Counted from the first letter of the stretch, positions 37,260 to 47,290 are shown. The stretch: DNA of 64,000 bases from Candidatus Latescibacterota bacterium (GCA_965248435.1 OZ252100.1:3712001-3776000), one strand, 5' to 3'. Notes: generated by a model from the letters alone, not told the origin. Made by a program: numbers and translations.

Positions 37260-39191
37260 GTGAGTACCGAGGAAGGTAAGACCCTCCCCGCCTGGAACGA
37301 GGCGGGCGTCGTTTCCACCGTTCAGAGCCCCCACGCCATTCTAAAACCGGTCCCGATTCAGGCCGTTACGATGGAGGCGGGATTCTGGCGGCCGCGAATG
37401 GAGGCCAACCGCAGGGCGGGCATTCCGGCCTTCCTCTCCTGGCTCGACAGGGACGATCAGATCAGCCCGTTCCGGACATTCTCCCATTCTACAGACGGTC
37501 CTAAAATTGGGAACGCCCTGGAGATCCTGGACAGGAACTATAGAGGCCAAAACAAACTCGGACTGTCCTACACCTGGCGCGCGAACGCGACGAAGTGGCT
37601 GGAAGCTTGCGCGTTCGTGCTTCAATCGGCCGAGGACGAAGAGATTCGAAGTCTCGTCGACGATCTTACTGCAGGTTTCGTTGCAGCGCATCAGAATGAA
37701 GATTTTTTCAACATCTATTATGGCGAGAATTTCGAGCACTCGTATGGGCTCGCAACTCCGGGCCATCTGATCCAGACGGCCATCGCCCACCATCGCGCGA
37801 CCGGTGAAAACAAATTCCTGGAATGCGCCGCGGACGTCGCGGACCGTGTCTGCGCGAAGTTCGGAGGCGAGGTCTTTGCAGGCCATCCTGCCATCGAGAT
37901 GGCCCTCGTCGAATTGTATCGATCGACCGGTGACGAGCGCTACCTGCGCGGCGCAGAGCATTTCTTGACACCCCTGCTCAGACAGCCGCCCGTGATTGGT
38001 CCGAGCGTCTCTATCGGCTCGAATGTAGGCGTCCGCCGTTCCGCACATCTCGTGCGTCAGACCTATCTGATGAGCGGCGGGGCGGACTACTTCGCGGAAA
38101 CCGGGGAGAGGGCCTATCTGGACAAGCTGGACGCGATCTGGAGGGACGTCACCGAAAGAAAATTGCATATCATCGGATCTATCGCGGTCAAACGCGGGGA
38201 AGCCGAAGTGGCAGTTGAAGAGGCCTTCGACCTGTCCCAGGGGGTATCGGGCTGGACCGGGTCGACCGGGATGGAGACCTGCGCGACGATCGGCAACGCC
38301 TACTGGAACTGGCGGATGCTCGCCGTGACGGGTGAGGCCGTCTATGCCGATCTTTTCGAGCGGATTCTCTACAACGGGATCCTGGCGGGCGTCTCGCTGG
38401 ACCACACCACTTTCTCCTACCTCGTGCCCCTGGCTTCACTCGGGGATCATCCTCCGAGAACGACCTGGGCGTCTCTGTCGCCCAGCTGTTGTCCCCCGAA
38501 CGTGCTTTGTACGATCGCGTCGGTTCCCGGCTATATCTATAGCACGTCCGAAAGTGGCTTCTGGGTCCACCTCTACGACAACAGCCGCGTAGATTGGCAC
38601 CTGCCGGACGGTACGGAGATCGCCCTTTCGCAAAAGACGCAGTATCCGTGGGAGGGCCTCGTAGAGCTCGAGATTTCTTCCCAGAAACCCGCGAGCTTCG
38701 ATCTGAACCTGCGCATCCCCGGCTGGTGTTCGAGCCCAAAGGTTGAAGTCAACGGAACAGCTGTCGGTGGGGTCGAACCTGGATCCTACTGCCGAATCCA
38801 CAAAGAGTGGAGCTCGGGAGACCGCGTCGTCCTGGACCTGCCGATGCCGGTCGTCGCCGTGCAGGCGGATCCCCGCGTGCAGGTATTGCAGCAGAGACTG
38901 GCTTTGATGCGGGGGCCTCTCGTCTACTGTTTCGAAGGCGCGGACAACCCCGAGGTCGATCTGTGGGAGATCAGCGTCAAAACGGGGGGGCATTCGACCA
39001 GAGGGGAGGGACTCTACGAGCCTGTGGGGGAACTGCCCGAGTTCGAGCCGGACCTGGAGGAAGACCTTCTGGACGGGGTTGTCGTTCTCCGAGGGGAGGG
39101 TGGAACCGGAAGGTCGGCGGCGGCGATTCCCTTCTACGCTTGGGGAAATCGCGGGGTCTCACCCTTTCTGACCTGGGTGAGCGTTTCCTAA
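37260..39191 (+). CDS. Glycoside hydrolase family 127-like protein
   Basis: KWLEA, EMALVELY, ETC, ERILYNG, CCPPN, YPWEG, LRIPGW, RGPLVYC, IPFYAWGNRG. Confidence 0.88.
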   Translation: MSTEEGKTLPAWNEAGVVSTVQSPHAILKPVPIQAVTMEAGFWRPRMEANRRAGIPAFLSWLDRDDQISPFRTFSHSTDGPKIGNALEILDRNYRGQNKLGLSYTWRANATKWLEACAFVLQSAEDEEIRSLVDDLTAGFVAAHQNEDFFNIYYGENFEHSYGLATPGHLIQTAIAHHRATGENKFLECAADVADRVCAKFGGEVFAGHPAIEMALVELYRSTGDERYLRGAEHFLTPLLRQPPVIGPSVSIGSNVGVRRSAHLVRQTYLMSGGADYFAETGERAYLDKLDAIWRDVTERKLHIIGSIAVKRGEAEVAVEEAFDLSQGVSGWTGSTGMETCATIGNAYWNWRMLAVTGEAVYADLFERILYNGILAGVSLDHTTFSYLVPLASLGDHPPRTTWASLSPSCCPPNVLCTIASVPGYIYSTSESGFWVHLYDNSRVDWHLPDGTEIALSQKTQYPWEGLVELEISSQKPASFDLNLRIPGWCSSPKVEVNGTAVGGVEPGSYCRIHKEWSSGDRVVLDLPMPVVAVQADPRVQVLQQRLALMRGPLVYCFEGADNPEVDLWEISVKTGGHSTRGEGLYEPVGELPEFEPDLEEDLLDGVVVLRGEGGTGRSAAAIPFYAWGNRGVSPFLTWVSVS

Positions 39192-39405
39192 TACAAGGCA
39201 GAAGCTCTTGTATTGAAAGCCTTTAAGGCAACGAATCCTGCCACAAGAATGGGGCGGCTAGCTCGCAGATGGGAGCATCACCGCCCGCCCGGTTCAGCCT
39301 CGAATAGGCTTGGAAATTCTGACTGTGATCACTATTCTATAGCAGACAGACAGATGCATTTGCACCCCATTCCGAGAGTCCGCTTGATTGATCCTGGAGC
39401 CATGA

Positions 39406-40434
39406 ATGGCCATCAAACCAAAAAAAGACTGGATCACCCATTACGGCCCGAGCGTGATCCAGGAAGAATGCGCGAAGTTGAAGAGTTACGTAGTTTTGAC
39501 CTCACCCTCGGCCTGGGAGGCAGTGCAGGACAAGCTTCCGGTCGAGCCCAAGGGTCTGGAGTATGTGACGAGCCAGGATGAGGGGTATACGAACCGGCTC
39601 GTGAAGAAACTTCCGAAGACGCCCAATGTACTGGGGATCGGCGGCGGGCGGGCCCTGGACGCCGCCAAATTCGTGGCCTGGAAGAAGAAGTCCAAGCTGA
39701 TTCAGATCCCGACGATCGTCTCGACGGGTGCCATTTTTCAGGCCACGTTTCCCGGCCGGAAGGATGGAAAGCTGAGAATTGTCGAAGAGACGGTCGCACC
39801 TGAAGCTGTGCTCTTCGACACGGACGTGATCTGGGCAGCGCCGCCCTACATGAACGCAGCAGGCATGGGCGAATGCATCTGTTTTCTGGCCGCAGCAGCG
39901 TCCTGGAAGTGGTGGTCGGACCAGGGGCTACCGGGCGATTCCTGGGAGCCGGCCGCAGGGGAAGCCATAGAGGCGTGGATAACGGAGCGCGTCGACCGGT
40001 ATGTGTCCGATCTGGATGTGGAGGGGAGGCCCGGGCCGCCCGCGATTCGGACGTGCGCCGAGATATCCAGAGAGCGCTGGGACCTCCCGGTCATGAAGCA
40101 GCAGGTGAATCACAGTGTCGATCACCCGATCGATCCTGCCTTCTGCTGGGTTCACGGCCGACAACCCCTCCACGGCGAGATCGTGGCTCTGGGGACCCTC
40201 ATCACCTGCCACCTCTGCGACATGCACTTTGAGAAAGCCGTGGAGATGCTCAAGGCCTGCGGCGCCCGCTACAAGCCACGGCAGATCGGATGCAGCTGGG
40301 AGGAGATTCACGAGGCGATGGACGCGGTTCCCGAGCACGTGGACTACATAGGTGGCCTCGAGACGATCCTGCACAAAATGTCGATGGACGAGAAGACGAT
40401 GTCGGAGATGGCGGAGCGGATCGACAAGAGTTGA
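39406..40434 (+). CDS. Dehydroquinate synthase-like / iron-containing alcohol dehydrogenase superfamily (glycerol-1-phosphate dehydrogenase-like)
   Basis: GIGGGRALDAAK, IPTIVST, HGEIVALG. Confidence 0.8.
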   Translation: MAIKPKKDWITHYGPSVIQEECAKLKSYVVLTSPSAWEAVQDKLPVEPKGLEYVTSQDEGYTNRLVKKLPKTPNVLGIGGGRALDAAKFVAWKKKSKLIQIPTIVSTGAIFQATFPGRKDGKLRIVEETVAPEAVLFDTDVIWAAPPYMNAAGMGECICFLAAAASWKWWSDQGLPGDSWEPAAGEAIEAWITERVDRYVSDLDVEGRPGPPAIRTCAEISRERWDLPVMKQQVNHSVDHPIDPAFCWVHGRQPLHGEIVALGTLITCHLCDMHFEKAVEMLKACGARYKPRQIGCSWEEIHEAMDAVPEHVDYIGGLETILHKMSMDEKTMSEMAERIDKS

Positions 40435-40522
40435 TGTTCAGGATTCTTTTGAGTTCCCACCTTTGAGCGACAGCTAGAACCAGCCTCATCCTTCCTGGAT
40501 CGCAAATCTTTCCTATCGAATT

Positions 40523-40720
40523 TTCGCCGCCTGGAGCCTGCCCCGTGCCGAGACACGGGGGCGGCTCCCACCAGATTCACTTGCGTTTCGAATTCACGTA
40601 GTACTCCCAAGCCGTTCTTAGGGTAGGAGCCAGTTCCTGCTGGCGAAGGCGAGCATCAGGGTGAAGGATTCACCGCCCGGAGCAAGCGCCGGCATGCCAC
40701 AAGCCGGGTGCGGCTCCTAA
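40523..40720. repeat. REP cluster upstream of RAYT
   Basis: Extended REP 40523..40571 (-); GTAGGAGCCAGTTCCTGCTGGCGAA 40623..40647 (+); degenerate inverted copy ending ggctcctaa. Confidence 0.75.
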
Positions 40721-40778
40721 CGGATTTGCTCCGCGAGTATCGGGGTGAAGGGATCACGCCAAGAATCGATCTGGCGGG

Positions 40779-41285
40779 ATGCAGGACGTTTTCGAGATGG
40801 AAGAACGGTTCCACCAATCGGCTCTAAGGAAATGGCGCGCCTCGCTGTCAGGGTCCATCTACTCGATAACAAAGTGTGTTGACGACACAGCAAGCCCATT
40901 AATTCGTGACCCAATGAATCCGGAGACTGAGTCTGAAGTGCCCAAGCTCGTCGTTGAGTGTTTGCGCTGGCTTCATAAGAACGGGCGTCTCAGATGTGAA
41001 GGGTACGTCGTGATGCCTGATCACGTGCATTTGATCGTGGCCCTAGGAGAGGATCAGGATCTTTCTAACGTGATCGCATCATTCGGAAGCTATTCGGCCC
41101 GAGGAATCAACAGAGTAAAGCACGAGAAAGGAAGATTCTGGCAACGCGGATTTTATGATCATAGGCTCCGCAGCAAAGAAGCCTTTTCTAGACATCTGGG
41201 ATACATCCGTGAAAATCCGGTAAGAAAAGGTTATGTTGAAAGCCCTGAGGATTGGCCCTACTCCTGCCTTTTTCCGGATTGGTAA
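40779..41285 (+). mobile_element. REP-associated tyrosine transposase (RAYT, Y1 HUH)
   Basis: YVVMPDHVH, FWQRGFYDH, YIRENPV, WPYS; flanked by REPs. Confidence 0.9.
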
Positions 41286-41291
41286 GGTCGA

Positions 41292-41433
41292 TTCGCAGCC
41301 GGGAGGCTGCTCCTACCAGATCGATTAGGCGAGCATCAGGGTGAAGGGCTTCGCAGCCGGGAGGCTGCTCCTACCAGATCGATTAGGCGAGCATCAGGGT
41401 GAAGGGCTTCGCAGCCGGGAGGCTGCTCCTACC
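41292..41433 (-). repeat. 58-bp tandem repeat (about 2.4 units) containing three REPs GTAGGAGCAGCCTCCCGGCTGCGAA
   Basis: Units start at 41292, 41350 and 41408. Confidence 0.9.
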
Positions 41434-41475
41434 GGATTCACTCGCATTATTTGAATTCACGAATCAGGAGGATCG

Positions 41476-41659
41476 ATGAGTTTTTCGTCTTTGACAGATC
41501 TTGCAACACTGCGCGACCTGGAGAGTCGATGCATTTCCCCAGAGAATCCAACCGGGGAGAAGGGGCAGGCGGCACAGGCCCGCGGGGGTTGGAAGGGTCG
41601 CCTTTCGTTCGCCCTTTTCCGGAAGGGGAAACGGTTACGGCCGTGGATGTCGAAGGGCC
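41476..41659 (+). pseudogene. 5' fragment of a DUF2961 (GH172-like) gene, frameshifted and truncated
   Basis: AGGAGG RBS; SRCISPENPTGEKG...GWKG, then GETVTAVDVEGP in another frame, ending at GTATCTC repeats. Confidence 0.7.
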
Positions 41660-41892
41660 GTATCTCGTATCGGCAAAGCCGTATCTCGTATCTCGGGGCT
41701 AGTTATCTCGCCTGTTCCCTAGAGCCTCGAAGAATTCACGTCCTATTTTCGTGGTCGGTTTTTTGAACGGCAGGATACATCCAACGAGATACGCTCCGTG
41801 TTGTTGCATCGGAGTCGCACACCGCGGCTTGATGGCTTTGAGCAATGCATTTCGTGAAAGTACCGAATTCAGGATAAGGAGGGCGAATCAAG

Positions 41893-42657
41893 ATGCCGAG
41901 ACGACTCGTTGACCTATCCCACCCCTTCGGTTTTGGCATGCCGGTCTGGCCGGGCAGCCCGGACCTCATCATCGAACGGACCGCCATGCCCCAGCACAAC
42001 GGCCAGACGAGCACGATGATCAAGCACTCCATGCATCTGGGAACGCACGTAGACGCTCCGATTCACGTGAACGAGAACGGGTGCTACATGGACGAGGTGC
42101 CTCTGGATACATATTACGGCACAGGTGTCGTGGTGAGTATTCCAAAGGACGATTGGGAATTGATCACCGCGGAGGATCTCGAAAATGCCCGGCCGGAGAT
42201 CCAGAAGGATGACATTGTCATCATCAACACAGGCTGGCACAAATACTGGGGAAACAACACCAAGTATTTCCAGTTCTCTCCAGGGATGTGGAAGGAGGCG
42301 GCAGACTGGTTCGTCGAGAAGGGCGTGAAGTGTGTCGGACACGACACCCAGGCGAACGACATCTTCCTGTGCACGAAGGGTCCGGACCGAACGCCCTGGA
42401 TCTATGACAAGTATAAAGAGAGGACAGGACGAGATTTGCTGGACGATTTCCCGAAACAGTTCAACCCCCCCGAACATCCCTCGCAGGAGTATGCCCACAA
42501 CAAGATGCTGATGAACGGCATCGGGCTGATCGAGAACGTGGGCGGGGATATCGACGAGGTGACCGGGATGCGGGTCACGATCGCGTCCTTTCCGATCCGC
42601 TACTGGATGGGTGACGGTTCGCTCGCGAGAGTCGTGGCCATCGTAGAAGAGGATTAG
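41893..42657 (+). CDS. Cyclase family (kynurenine formamidase-like) metal hydrolase
   Basis: DLSHP, HLGTHVDAPIH, INTGW, IEN, GDGSLAR. Confidence 0.92.
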   Translation: MPRRLVDLSHPFGFGMPVWPGSPDLIIERTAMPQHNGQTSTMIKHSMHLGTHVDAPIHVNENGCYMDEVPLDTYYGTGVVVSIPKDDWELITAEDLENARPEIQKDDIVIINTGWHKYWGNNTKYFQFSPGMWKEAADWFVEKGVKCVGHDTQANDIFLCTKGPDRTPWIYDKYKERTGRDLLDDFPKQFNPPEHPSQEYAHNKMLMNGIGLIENVGGDIDEVTGMRVTIASFPIRYWMGDGSLARVVAIVEED

Positions 42658-42658
42658 C

Positions 42659-43615
42659 GTGGCATCTTCGGACATCAAGAAGACGCTCGTGGTCGGGGCA
42701 GGAACGATGGGCCACGGGCTGGCGCAGGTGTTCGCTTCGGGAGGATGCGCCGTCCGGCTCGTCGACGTGCGTAAGTCGATCCTGGAGGGAGCGTTTGGCC
42801 AGATCCGGTCGAATCTGGAGATGATGGTCGACGCGGAGGTCCTGGCGTCGGAGGAGATCGATCCGATCCTCGAACGGATCGAGACGAGCACGGACCTGGA
42901 GGCCTCTGCCGGCGATGTCGACCTTGCGATCGAAGCCGTCCCTGAAGATGTGGACATCAAGCGGGATCTGTTCAACCGTTTGGACGAGGTTTGTCCGGCA
43001 GATACGATCCTGCTTTCGAATACCTCCAGCCTGAACGTGTTCGAGATCGTCCGTGTAAGCCATCCCGAGCGGTTTTGCATCGCGCACTGGTACGCGCCGC
43101 CCTACATCATTCCCCTTGTGGATGTGGTCAAAGGTCCGGAGACTTCGGATGAAACGGTCGACCGCGTCACCCGGCTGCTCACACGTCTGGGCAAGAAGCC
43201 GGTTGTGCTCGAAGAGTTCATCCAGTGCTACCTGGTGAACCGGCTCCAGATCGCGATCGGCCGAGAAGTACACGCGCTTCTGGACAATGGACTGGCGACA
43301 CCGGAACAATTGGACGAGGCGGTGAAGGCCTCCTTGGCTCCGCGGATGGCGGTTGTGGGCGTGGTCCAGCGCCACGATTTCACCGGTCTGGACGTGAGCC
43401 TGGCGATCCAGAAGGAGATGGCCGACAAGCTTTCAGGCGTGCCGACTTACAAGACGATGCAGAGACTCGTTGATGAGGGACACATGGGGGTCAAGAACGG
43501 AAAGGGGTTCTACGACTACAGCGGCAAGACGCCGCAGGAGGTTCTCAAGGCCCGGGACCTGGCGCTTCTCAAGATCTTCAAAGAGACGGCCAGCGTAGGA
43601 TCGGACCCGACGTGA
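42659..43615 (+). CDS. 3-hydroxyacyl-CoA dehydrogenase family protein
   Basis: GAGTMG, EAVPE, SNTSS, VNRLQ, GFYDY. Confidence 0.9.
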   Translation: MASSDIKKTLVVGAGTMGHGLAQVFASGGCAVRLVDVRKSILEGAFGQIRSNLEMMVDAEVLASEEIDPILERIETSTDLEASAGDVDLAIEAVPEDVDIKRDLFNRLDEVCPADTILLSNTSSLNVFEIVRVSHPERFCIAHWYAPPYIIPLVDVVKGPETSDETVDRVTRLLTRLGKKPVVLEEFIQCYLVNRLQIAIGREVHALLDNGLATPEQLDEAVKASLAPRMAVVGVVQRHDFTGLDVSLAIQKEMADKLSGVPTYKTMQRLVDEGHMGVKNGKGFYDYSGKTPQEVLKARDLALLKIFKETASVGSDPT

Positions 43616-44547
43616 AGCTCGTGACCTTCATAGATGAACAATCCCGGACGTGTCTCGGGGCGCTGGACGCTTCCGGGCGGGCGCTTGACCTGACAGCGGC
43701 AGCGGCGGCGTCGAACGTGAGTGACGGAGACTTCGCAGCGGATATGCTGGCGTTGATCGACGCTGGAGATATGGGTCTCGAGTCCGCCAGGGCGGTGTTT
43801 GACTTTGCTGCAGAGCATTCCGACGCGTCCTACTGGCACGAAGCGAAGGACGTTAGGCTTCTGCCGCCGCTCCCGCGACCGAGGTCTTTCCGCGACTTCT
43901 GGATCTTCGAGCAGCACGTGCAGACGGCGTGGAAGCTTCGCGGAGAGCCACTGCCCGAGGTCTGGCACGAGATGCCGACCTATTACAAGGGTAACGCCCT
44001 GGCGATGATCGGCCCGGAGGAAGACCTGATCTGGCCCTCCTATACCGAGAAGCTGGACTACGAGCTGGAGATGGGGATCATCATCGGCAAAGGGGGGCGA
44101 GATATTCCCGCGGAGCGGGGTGAAGGCCACATCTTCGGCTACACGGTGTTGAACGACTGGAGTGCGCGGGACATCCAGCGCAAGGAGATGGCGTGCAAGC
44201 TCGGACCGGCCAAAGGGAAGGATTTCGCGACGTCGATCGGACCCTGCATCGTGACGGCTGACGAGGTGGACCCCTACGACCTGCGCATGACGGCCCGGAT
44301 CAACGGCGAGACCTGGTCCGACAATCACTCTGGTACATCCTACTGGAGATTCGGCCAGCTGATCGCCCACGTCTCGATGGGTGAGACGATCCACCCCGGC
44401 GAGCTGTTCGGCAGCGGCACGGTGGGCGGCGGCTGTGGTCTGGAACTGAACCGCTGGTTGCAGCCGGGTGACGTTGTCGAGCTGGAGATCGAGCAGATCG
44501 GGGTGCTTCGGAACCGCGTCGTGAAGAAGGAGGATGGTGCTCCATGA
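43612..44547 (+). CDS. Fumarylacetoacetate hydrolase family protein
   Basis: RDF..FEQH, DYELE, NDWSARD, KGKDF, GSGT. Confidence 0.93.
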   Translation: MKLVTFIDEQSRTCLGALDASGRALDLTAAAAASNVSDGDFAADMLALIDAGDMGLESARAVFDFAAEHSDASYWHEAKDVRLLPPLPRPRSFRDFWIFEQHVQTAWKLRGEPLPEVWHEMPTYYKGNALAMIGPEEDLIWPSYTEKLDYELEMGIIIGKGGRDIPAERGEGHIFGYTVLNDWSARDIQRKEMACKLGPAKGKDFATSIGPCIVTADEVDPYDLRMTARINGETWSDNHSGTSYWRFGQLIAHVSMGETIHPGELFGSGTVGGGCGLELNRWLQPGDVVELEIEQIGVLRNRVVKKEDGAP

Positions 44548-45332
44548 GACTGAAGGAAAAGGTGGCCATCGTGACCGGTGCGGGGAGCGGGATCGGCAGA
44601 GCGATTGCGATTCGGTTCGCGGAAGAGGGGGCGGACGTCGCCATTCCTGACATCGATGAGGAAGGCGCGGAGAAAACGGCAGAGTCGATCCGCGAACTCG
44701 GACGCCGGGTAGTTGTGACAAAGACGGATGTCTCTCGCTCGAAGGAGGTGCAGGCCTCTATCGCGAAGACGATCGAGACGTTCGGTCAGATCGACATCGT
44801 GGTCAACAACGCCGGGATCAACATCTACAAGTTTCCGAACGAATTCACGGATGAAGACTGGCACAAGGTGATCGGCGTCAACCTGAACGGGGTCTGGTTT
44901 TACTGCCGCTACGTGCTGGACCATTTCCTGGAGCGGGGGCAGGGGAACATCGTGAACATCGCCTCGATCGGCGCCATCCAGTCCTCCCACCTTCGCGAGC
45001 CGTATATGGCCAGCAAGGGGGGCGTGGCCGCGCTGACGCGGACGCTGGCGATCGACCTGGCGGACCGGAACATTCGCGTGAATGCCGTGGCACCGGGGAT
45101 GACGGAGACCGAAATGACCTCCTGGCGGGTCGATGGCGACCAGTATGCCCTGGGGAATTACCTGGCGCCCATGGGGCGATGGGGATTGCCCCACGAAGCG
45201 GCGAACGCGGTGCTGTTCCTGGCCTCCGACGAATCCAGCTACATCACCGGACACGTCCTGGTCGGCGACGGGGGTTTGACAGCGGGCAACCCGATCGGCC
45301 GGCCCTTTCCCACCCCGCCCGCAGCGGAATGA
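44544..45332 (+). CDS. SDR family oxidoreductase
   Basis: TGAGSGIG, NNAG, YMASK. Confidence 0.93.
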   Translation: MRLKEKVAIVTGAGSGIGRAIAIRFAEEGADVAIPDIDEEGAEKTAESIRELGRRVVVTKTDVSRSKEVQASIAKTIETFGQIDIVVNNAGINIYKFPNEFTDEDWHKVIGVNLNGVWFYCRYVLDHFLERGQGNIVNIASIGAIQSSHLREPYMASKGGVAALTRTLAIDLADRNIRVNAVAPGMTETEMTSWRVDGDQYALGNYLAPMGRWGLPHEAANAVLFLASDESSYITGHVLVGDGGLTAGNPIGRPFPTPPAAE

Positions 45333-45335
45333 CGA

Positions 45336-46952
45336 ATGCCGCGTCTAACCGGGGGTCAGGCGGTTGTCCAAACGCTCTTCGCGGAAGGGGTGGATACCGT
45401 CTTCGGGATTCCGGGCAGCCACTCTCTGTCGATCTATGACGCGCTGCTGGATACACCGGAGATTCGCCACGTCCTGGTCCGCCACGAGCAGGGCGCCGCA
45501 TTCATGGCCGACGGCTACTCCCGGTCGACCGGCAGGCTCGGTGTCTGTCTGACGACGACCGGGCCGGCCGCACTGAATACGTTTGCGGCACTCGCCACGT
45601 CCTACGGCGATTCCTGCCCCGTCCTGCTGCTTTGCACGCAGATTCCCTCGGACTATATCGACCAGGGCAAAGGCGTCTATCACGAAGTGCCGGACCAGCT
45701 GGGCATGCTGGAGCGAGTGACTGCCTTCAGCGCGAGAGCGACGCGTGTCGCTGAGATCGTCCCAAAGCTGCAGGAGGCGATTCGCTGCGCGACGTCCGGT
45801 CGCCAGCGGCCCGTGGCATTGGAACTGCCCGTGGATGTCCTGGACGCCGCGGGCGAAGTCGTGATCCCTGAAGCCTCGCGGCCGTTACGACAAGCACCCG
45901 GCGGGGATGAAATCGCCAAAGCGGCTGGCCTGATCGGACAGTCAGAGCGCCCGATCATCTGGGCCGGCGGCGGCGTCGTGAGCAGCGGGGCCTGCGCCGA
46001 GCTGGCCCACCTCGCGGAAACGCTCCAGGCCCCTGTCCTCACGACGAATCTGGGGAAGGGGGCACTGCCCGCCGATCATCCCCTGCATCTCGGAAACCTG
46101 AGCGGGCAAGCTCCCGTACGCGACTACCTCAAAGGCTGCGACCTGCTGGTGGCCGTCGGGACGCGATTTTCGTATCTGGGCACCGATAGGTGGACGCTGC
46201 AGCTTCCGGAATCGATCATCCACATCGATATCGACGTGGAGATGATCGGAAGGAACTACCCGGCGTCGCTTGGCCTCGTCGGCGACGCGGCGGCGACGCT
46301 CGAAGCGCTCACCGGTCAGCTATCAAGCGATCCACCGCCTCGGGAAGGCCGCCAGGATGAGGTCGCCGACCTGAAGGCGCAGGTCCAGAGAACCTGGCAG
46401 GCGGAACTTCCGGTTGAATATCAACTGATCCAGGACATCCGCTCCGCGCTCCCGCGAGATACGATTCTGGCGATGGATGCGACGGTGTGCACCAACCTGG
46501 GCTGGCAGATGCTGGATATCTATGAGCCGCGTACCTATCTCTACCCGATGGGCGGCTGCACGCTTGGCTACGGTCTTCCCGCGGCGCTGGGGGCCAAGAT
46601 CGCCCACCCGGACCGACCGGTGGTCGCTATCTGTGGAGATGGGGGATTCATGCTGACCTGTCAGGAACTGGCGACCGCTGTGCAGTATGGTCTCAACGTG
46701 GTGACGGTGGTGTGTGACGACGGCGGCTACGGCATCCTGCGCGTTCAGCAGGATGATCGGTTCGGTCGCAGGAGTGAGGTGGATCTCGTGAATCCCGACT
46801 TCGTGGCCCTGGCAAAGGCGTTTGGCGCAGAAGCGGTTCGGGTCGAGCGGCTCGATGGGATAAAACCGGCGCTCGAGTCGGCCCTCGAGAACGAAGGACC
46901 GACGTTGATCGAAATGAAGGTGGAACTAGGGCTGCAGAAGATCACCGCGTGA
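45336..46952 (+). CDS. Thiamine pyrophosphate-dependent enzyme (acetolactate synthase-like)
   Basis: FGIPG, RHEQGA, GDGGF, NPDF. Confidence 0.93.
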   Translation: MPRLTGGQAVVQTLFAEGVDTVFGIPGSHSLSIYDALLDTPEIRHVLVRHEQGAAFMADGYSRSTGRLGVCLTTTGPAALNTFAALATSYGDSCPVLLLCTQIPSDYIDQGKGVYHEVPDQLGMLERVTAFSARATRVAEIVPKLQEAIRCATSGRQRPVALELPVDVLDAAGEVVIPEASRPLRQAPGGDEIAKAAGLIGQSERPIIWAGGGVVSSGACAELAHLAETLQAPVLTTNLGKGALPADHPLHLGNLSGQAPVRDYLKGCDLLVAVGTRFSYLGTDRWTLQLPESIIHIDIDVEMIGRNYPASLGLVGDAAATLEALTGQLSSDPPPREGRQDEVADLKAQVQRTWQAELPVEYQLIQDIRSALPRDTILAMDATVCTNLGWQMLDIYEPRTYLYPMGGCTLGYGLPAALGAKIAHPDRPVVAICGDGGFMLTCQELATAVQYGLNVVTVVCDDGGYGILRVQQDDRFGRRSEVDLVNPDFVALAKAFGAEAVRVERLDGIKPALESALENEGPTLIEMKVELGLQKITA

Positions 46953-46956
46953 AAGA

Positions 46957-47049
46957 CCGGGTACCGGGATAGGTAGATAGGTTACAGAGACCTGACGGTT
47001 TGGGGGCGACGCCTGCGTCGCCCAGAGAAATCAAAACACGGGAACCGGG
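46957..47049 (+). repeat. 93-bp composite GGGTACC-arm repeat, copy C
   Basis: Two mismatches to copy A. Confidence 0.92.
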
Positions 47050-47094
47050 TACCGTGAGACCGTCATTCGTCGATCGTCGTTCGAGGAAAAAGCG

Positions 47095-47133
47095 ATGCCC
47101 CAACCCTCGGCAAGCTCGGGGCATGTTTTTTTT
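47095..47133 (+). terminator. Hairpin with T run; contains inverted copy of the 871..894 insert
   Basis: atgcccc...ggggcat followed by eight T; ccctcggcaagctcggggcatg. Confidence 0.55.
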
Positions 47134-47185
47134 CGAAGGCAGGACATTGCTCATTTGCTAAACTATACTAATCCATAAATGAATA

Positions 47186-47221
47186 CTTCCCCCTTTGGAA
47201 AAGGGGGATTGAGGGGGATTT
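47186..47221 (+). repeat. CCCCCTTTGGAAAAGGGGG palindromic repeat, uninterrupted form
   Basis: Matches 855..912. Confidence 0.75.
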
Positions 47222-47290
47222 TCTTTTCAGGGACTGGCTATCTGGGCGTTCACAGCAGGGGCGAAAAGGGCGCTGAAAGGAGCGATCGTT

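Noticed and set aside
39252-39286. tRNA-like 5' sequence GGGCGGCTAGCTC...GAGC...ACCGCCC
   Set aside because: Only 35 nt, with no anticodon arm, T arm or CCA. It could be a remnant or chance hairpin but is not supportable as a tRNA.
41292-41433. CRISPR-like repeat-spacer pattern (25-nt palindrome, 33-nt spacer)
   Set aside because: The spacers are identical, there are no cas genes, and the repeats are REPs adjacent to a RAYT.
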